Assembly (NCBI GenBank): GCA_938084645.1
Contig: CALKEP010000038.1
Coordinates: forward strand, 1 to 10,285
DNA from: an uncultured Phycisphaerales bacterium
Lineage (GTDB): Bacteria > Planctomycetota > Phycisphaerae > Phycisphaerales > SM1A02
DNA: 10,285 bases
Direction: 5' to 3'
Shown here: positions 7,136 through 10,285 of the stretch, piece after piece
How the letters are laid out: every line of letters begins with the position of its first letter
How positions within the stretch are numbered: position 1 is the first letter of the stretch
Notes under the pieces: model-generated
Told to the model about the DNA's origin: nothing
The model's input: the letters and a program-made list of their open reading frames with translations, nothing else
Databases searched by the model: none
Program-made: the position numbers and the translations under genes

Positions 7136-7762
7136 ATGACTCTCGTTCCCATCGTGATCGAAAAGACCGGCCGCGGCGAGCGCGCCTACGACATCTACTC
7201 GCGGCTCCTCAACGACCGCATCATCTTCTGCGGCGGCCCCGTCGCCGACGACATGGCGAATCTCGTCGTGGCCCAGCTGCTGTTCCTCGCCAACGAGGAT
7301 CCGTCCGCGGACATCTCGATGTACGTGAACAGTCCCGGTGGCAGCGTCACGTCCGGCCTCGGGATCGTCGACACCATGCGGTTCATACCGAACGACGTCT
7401 CGACCTACGTCATCGGACAGGCCGCATCGATGGGCTCGGTGATCGCCTGTTCCGGCGCGAAGGGCAAGCGCTACTGCCTGCCCAACAGCGAGAACCTGAT
7501 GCACCAGCCGCTGCTCCACGGCGTGCTGGAGGGCCAGGCCACCGACCTCGAGATCGAGGCTCGACACATCCTCCGGATGCGCGACCAGATCTACGGGATC
7601 TACCACGAGCAGACCGGACAGTCGGCCGAGAAGGTCGCCGCGGACTGCGAGCGGAACAACTGGCTCACCGCCCCGCAGATGGTCGAGTACGGCCTGGCCG
7701 ACGAGGTTCTCGAACGTCTTCCCGAAAATACCGACGCCAAGCAGGCCGAAGAGGGCGACTGA
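7136..7762 (+). CDS. clpP: ATP-dependent Clp protease proteolytic subunit (paralogue 2, catalytic Asp position is Asn)
   Basis: Canonical N-terminus [50 protein letters not shown] (Ser 7427-7429), LMHQP (His 7502-7504), [15 protein letters not shown] at 7122-7126. Confidence 0.96.
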   Translation: MTLVPIVIEKTGRGERAYDIYSRLLNDRIIFCGGPVADDMANLVVAQLLFLANEDPSADISMYVNSPGGSVTSGLGIVDTMRFIPNDVSTYVIGQAASMGSVIACSGAKGKRYCLPNSENLMHQPLLHGVLEGQATDLEIEARHILRMRDQIYGIYHEQTGQSAEKVAADCERNNWLTAPQMVEYGLADEVLERLPENTDAKQAEEGD

Positions 7763-7803
7763 TCCCGTCGGTTTCGGCATACTGTGATGGACACCCCGGG
7801 GCA

Positions 7804-7830
7804 CGACGGGTCGTCGAAGACGACTCGTCG
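7804..7830 (+). terminator. Stem-loop between the second clpP and moxR (possible weak terminator or mRNA-stabilising hairpin)
   Basis: CGACGGGTCGTC-GAA-GACGACTCGTCG forms a 12-bp stem with one G-U pair. The following GCCTCATTTT is only a weak, displaced U-tract. Confidence 0.45.
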
Positions 7831-7856
7831 GCCTCATTTTGGAGATCTCCATCGCC

Positions 7857-8876
7857 ATGCCGGACTCCCCGAACGAAGACACCGCCGCCGCCGTCCGAAA
7901 GTTCGCCGAGGACTATCGACGGGTCCGCGAGGAGATCGCCAAGGCGGTCGTCGGCCACGACGAGATCGTGGACGGCGTGCTCACCTGCCTCTTCGCCGGC
8001 GGACACGCGTTGCTCGAAGGCGTTCCGGGGCTCGGCAAGACGCTGCTCATCCGATCACTCAGCGAAGCGCTGCACCTGCAGTTCAATCGGATCCAGTTCA
8101 CGCCCGACCTGATGCCCGCAGACGTCACCGGCACGACCATCGTGGTGGAAGCCGACGGCAATCGAGAGTTCCAGTTCCGCAAGGGACCGATCTTCGCCCA
8201 GATCGTCCTCGCCGACGAGATCAACCGAGCCACCCCGAAGACGCAGTCCTCGCTGCTCGAGGCGATGCAGGAGAAGTCGGTCACCGTCGGCGGCGAGACG
8301 CACATCCTCGACAAGCCATTCTTCGTGATGGCCACACAGAATCCGGTCGAGCAGGAAGGCACCTATCCGCTGCCCGAAGCCCAACTCGATCGTTTCTTCT
8401 TCAAGCTGCAGGTGGGCTACTCGTCGCGGTCCGATCTCGCCGAGATCCTCGACCGAACCACCGCGGGCTACGACGCATCGATCCAGCAGGTCCTCGACGC
8501 GCCGGCGATCGTCGAACAGCAACGACTCGTGCGACGCGTCGGCATCACGCCGAGCGTGCAGGACTACGCGGTCAGGCTCGTTCTGGCGACCCATCCCGAC
8601 GGCCGGTTCGCGACCCCCAACGTGAATCAGTACTTCCGCTTCGGAGCGAGCCCGCGGGCGGCCCAGACGCTCGTGCTCGCCGGCAAGGTCCGGGCCCTGC
8701 TCGACGGACGGACCAGCGTGGCGGCGCAGGACATCCGCGAGATCGTCCTCCCGGCCCTGCGTCATCGGTGCCTCCTCAACTTCGAGGCGGAGGCCGAAGG
8801 GGTGAGCACCGACGAGGTGATCACCAACATCGTCGAGACGCTGCCCACCGAAGCGGCGATCGAACAGTCCGCCTGA
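7857..8876 (+). CDS. MoxR-family AAA+ ATPase (MoxR-proper type)
   Basis: Walker A GHALLEGVPGLGKT, RIQFTPDLMPADVTG, Walker B VLADEINRATPKTQSSLLEAMQE, ATQNPVEQEGTYPLPEAQLDRF, GASPRA, LRHR. ATG 7857 is preferred over TTG 7839 (GGAG at 7841-7844). Confidence 0.95.
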   Translation: MPDSPNEDTAAAVRKFAEDYRRVREEIAKAVVGHDEIVDGVLTCLFAGGHALLEGVPGLGKTLLIRSLSEALHLQFNRIQFTPDLMPADVTGTTIVVEADGNREFQFRKGPIFAQIVLADEINRATPKTQSSLLEAMQEKSVTVGGETHILDKPFFVMATQNPVEQEGTYPLPEAQLDRFFFKLQVGYSSRSDLAEILDRTTAGYDASIQQVLDAPAIVEQQRLVRRVGITPSVQDYAVRLVLATHPDGRFATPNVNQYFRFGASPRAAQTLVLAGKVRALLDGRTSVAAQDIREIVLPALRHRCLLNFEAEAEGVSTDEVITNIVETLPTEAAIEQSA

Positions 8877-8906
8877 CCCACTCCTCGATCCGCTCCGGAG
8901 TCCACG

Positions 8907-9920
8907 ATGCGCCGTCTCCCCCGCCACCGAACCGGTTTCTCGCTCGCGATGATCGCCACCGGCCTGCTGACCTCCTCGCTGCACGCCGACCTGCTTCTTC
9001 TTCTGCAGCAGGAATCGGAGTCGGATGACGCGATGGTCGGCGGAGCGCCGCCGATCGAGGTCGACGAGCAGGGCATCTCACTCGAGTACAAGCCGTCGGG
9101 CGGATACGTGCACGAATTCGGCGCCGACTTCTCCGACGGTGGCTCGGTCTCGGTCGATCGCGGATTCGCGGCCTTCAAGGTCGGAATCGATCCCGGTGGC
9201 GATTTCAATGGAAGCATCGGCGTCGCCTGGGGTGGCGACTGGTACCGGTTCGACGGCACCTCCGATCTCTCCCCCGCACCCGGCGTGGCACCGTGGTCGG
9301 ACATCCAGGCGATGGCGATCCTCGGAAGCATGAGCTGGCAGATCGACCGCGAATGGTCGACCACCGTCGGACTCAACCTGCGGTTCGCCGGAGAGCGCGA
9401 TGCGGACGCCGGCGACTCGATGACCGTCGGCGGCTTCGGTGCGATCAGCTACGCCTTCAGCCGGACCTTCTCGCTCGGCGCCGGCGCAATCCTCTCCTCG
9501 CAGATCGAGGATTCGATCCTGGTGATTCCCGCCCTCGTCATCTACTGGCAGGCGACCGACACGATCATCGTCTCGAACGTGCTCGGTCCCGAGGTCTATC
9601 CGACCGGGGCCGGTATCGAAGTGGCCTGGCGACCGGATCGCGTTCGCGAGGTGGCGATCGGAAGCCGGTACGAGTCACGTCGGTTCCGACTGGACGACAG
9701 CGGCCCGGCGAGTCGCCGAAATGGCGTGGGCGAGGACACCGGCTATCCCCTCTGGGCCCGGGCGACCTGGCGATTCGAAAGCGGGCTCCGACTCGACGTG
9801 GTCGGCGGCGTCTCGCTGTTCAACTCCTACCGCCTCGACGACGCCAACGGCAACGAGATCGCGAAGACCGATCTCGATCCCGCGCCGTTCATCGGCATCT
9901 TCGGAAGCTGGACCTTCTGA
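8907..9920 (+). CDS. Outer-membrane beta-barrel protein (possibly DUF6268-like)
   Basis: Sec signal peptide MRRLPRHRTGFSLAMIATGLLTSSLHA, many amphipathic aromatic-ended strands, and C-terminal FIGIFGSWTF with terminal Phe (BAM signal). GGAG SD at 8897-8900. The family name is from recall, not from a search. Confidence 0.78.
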   Translation: MRRLPRHRTGFSLAMIATGLLTSSLHADLLLLLQQESESDDAMVGGAPPIEVDEQGISLEYKPSGGYVHEFGADFSDGGSVSVDRGFAAFKVGIDPGGDFNGSIGVAWGGDWYRFDGTSDLSPAPGVAPWSDIQAMAILGSMSWQIDREWSTTVGLNLRFAGERDADAGDSMTVGGFGAISYAFSRTFSLGAGAILSSQIEDSILVIPALVIYWQATDTIIVSNVLGPEVYPTGAGIEVAWRPDRVREVAIGSRYESRRFRLDDSGPASRRNGVGEDTGYPLWARATWRFESGLRLDVVGGVSLFNSYRLDDANGNEIAKTDLDPAPFIGIFGSWTF

Positions 9921-9924
9921 ACGA

Positions 9925-10285
9925 TCATTTCGTCACCGCGGCTCGGGCCGACACGGCGGCCAGCGTCATTCCATGCTCGGCTGACACGACGATGCCAATG
10001 AGCCGACCCGATTGCGCCACCGTGACCGGGGATCCGATCACGTCCTCAGAGAGTGGAAGGCCCGGATCGAAGAGCATCCCCCTTGATTCGATCGACCACG
10101 CGTCAGTGGAGATCGGCAACGGGTCCTCTGGAGACCCCGTCCAAACCAGCAAGGGCACCGTCTCAGATGGCGGCGGGCCGATCTCGACAATCGGCCCACC
10201 ACGAAGTCGATCGACGACGGACTCGGGCAGCGACGTGATCGGCACGAGTCGGACCAGGTCGACGCGAGCGATCTCGTATTCATCG
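9925..10285 (-). CDS. C-terminal part of a hypothetical protein; 5' end outside window
   Basis: The frame is open from the right edge (DEYEIARVDLVRLVPITSLPES...GSPVTVAQSGRLIGIVVS...) to TGA at 9925-9927. It converges on the barrel gene with a 4-nt gap. Confidence 0.65.
   Translation of the reverse strand, partial: DEYEIARVDLVRLVPITSLPESVVDRLRGGPIVEIGPPPSETVPLLVWTGSPEDPLPISTDAWSIESRGMLFDPGLPLSEDVIGSPVTVAQSGRLIGIVVSAEHGMTLAAVSARAAVTK

Noticed and set aside
6330..9028. Long alternative-frame and antisense ORFs (6330..7139 +, 6343..7152 -, 7091..7882 -, 7784..9028 +, 8055..8984 -)
   Set aside because: They fully overlap clpP or moxR, have no recognisable motifs, and are explained by stop-codon scarcity with strong GC3 bias.
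1318..9927. All nine visible stop codons are TGA, raising the idea of an altered genetic code
   Set aside because: TGA preference is normal in high-GC bacteria, and conserved proteins end at expected lengths with no in-frame stops.
1..10285. CRISPR array, tRNA/rRNA, IS/transposase, prophage or defence genes
   Set aside because: I saw no regularly spaced repeats, cloverleaf or rRNA motifs, terminal inverted repeats or such protein motifs. Intergenic gaps are all under about 180 nt and composition looks uniform.

Overview
High-GC bacterial chromosomal segment, probably Planctomycetota (Phycisphaerales-like; inferred from the FHA-domain histidine kinase, the tandem clpP style and the lipoprotein types). 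It is densely coding, with two divergent gene clusters. Minus strand: holA (DNA pol III delta), an uncharacterised lipoprotein, pyrB, and a Wza/SLBB-type polysaccharide export lipoprotein that runs off the left edge and is missing from the ORF track. Plus strand: FHA-(GAF-like)-histidine kinase, two clpP paralogues, a MoxR AAA+ ATPase and an outer-membrane beta-barrel. A partial hypothetical gene converges from the right edge. I saw no RNA genes, mobile elements or CRISPR arrays. The most notable signal is the proteostasis cluster. The second ClpP has its catalytic Asp replaced by Asn plus a 2-residue handle insertion, while the first has an intact triad but a non-canonical N-terminus. The pair sits next to a MoxR ATPase (no clpX, no DUF58/VWA genes) and behind an orphan FHA kinase. 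Whether this is a functional system rather than gene adjacency cannot be shown from sequence alone.
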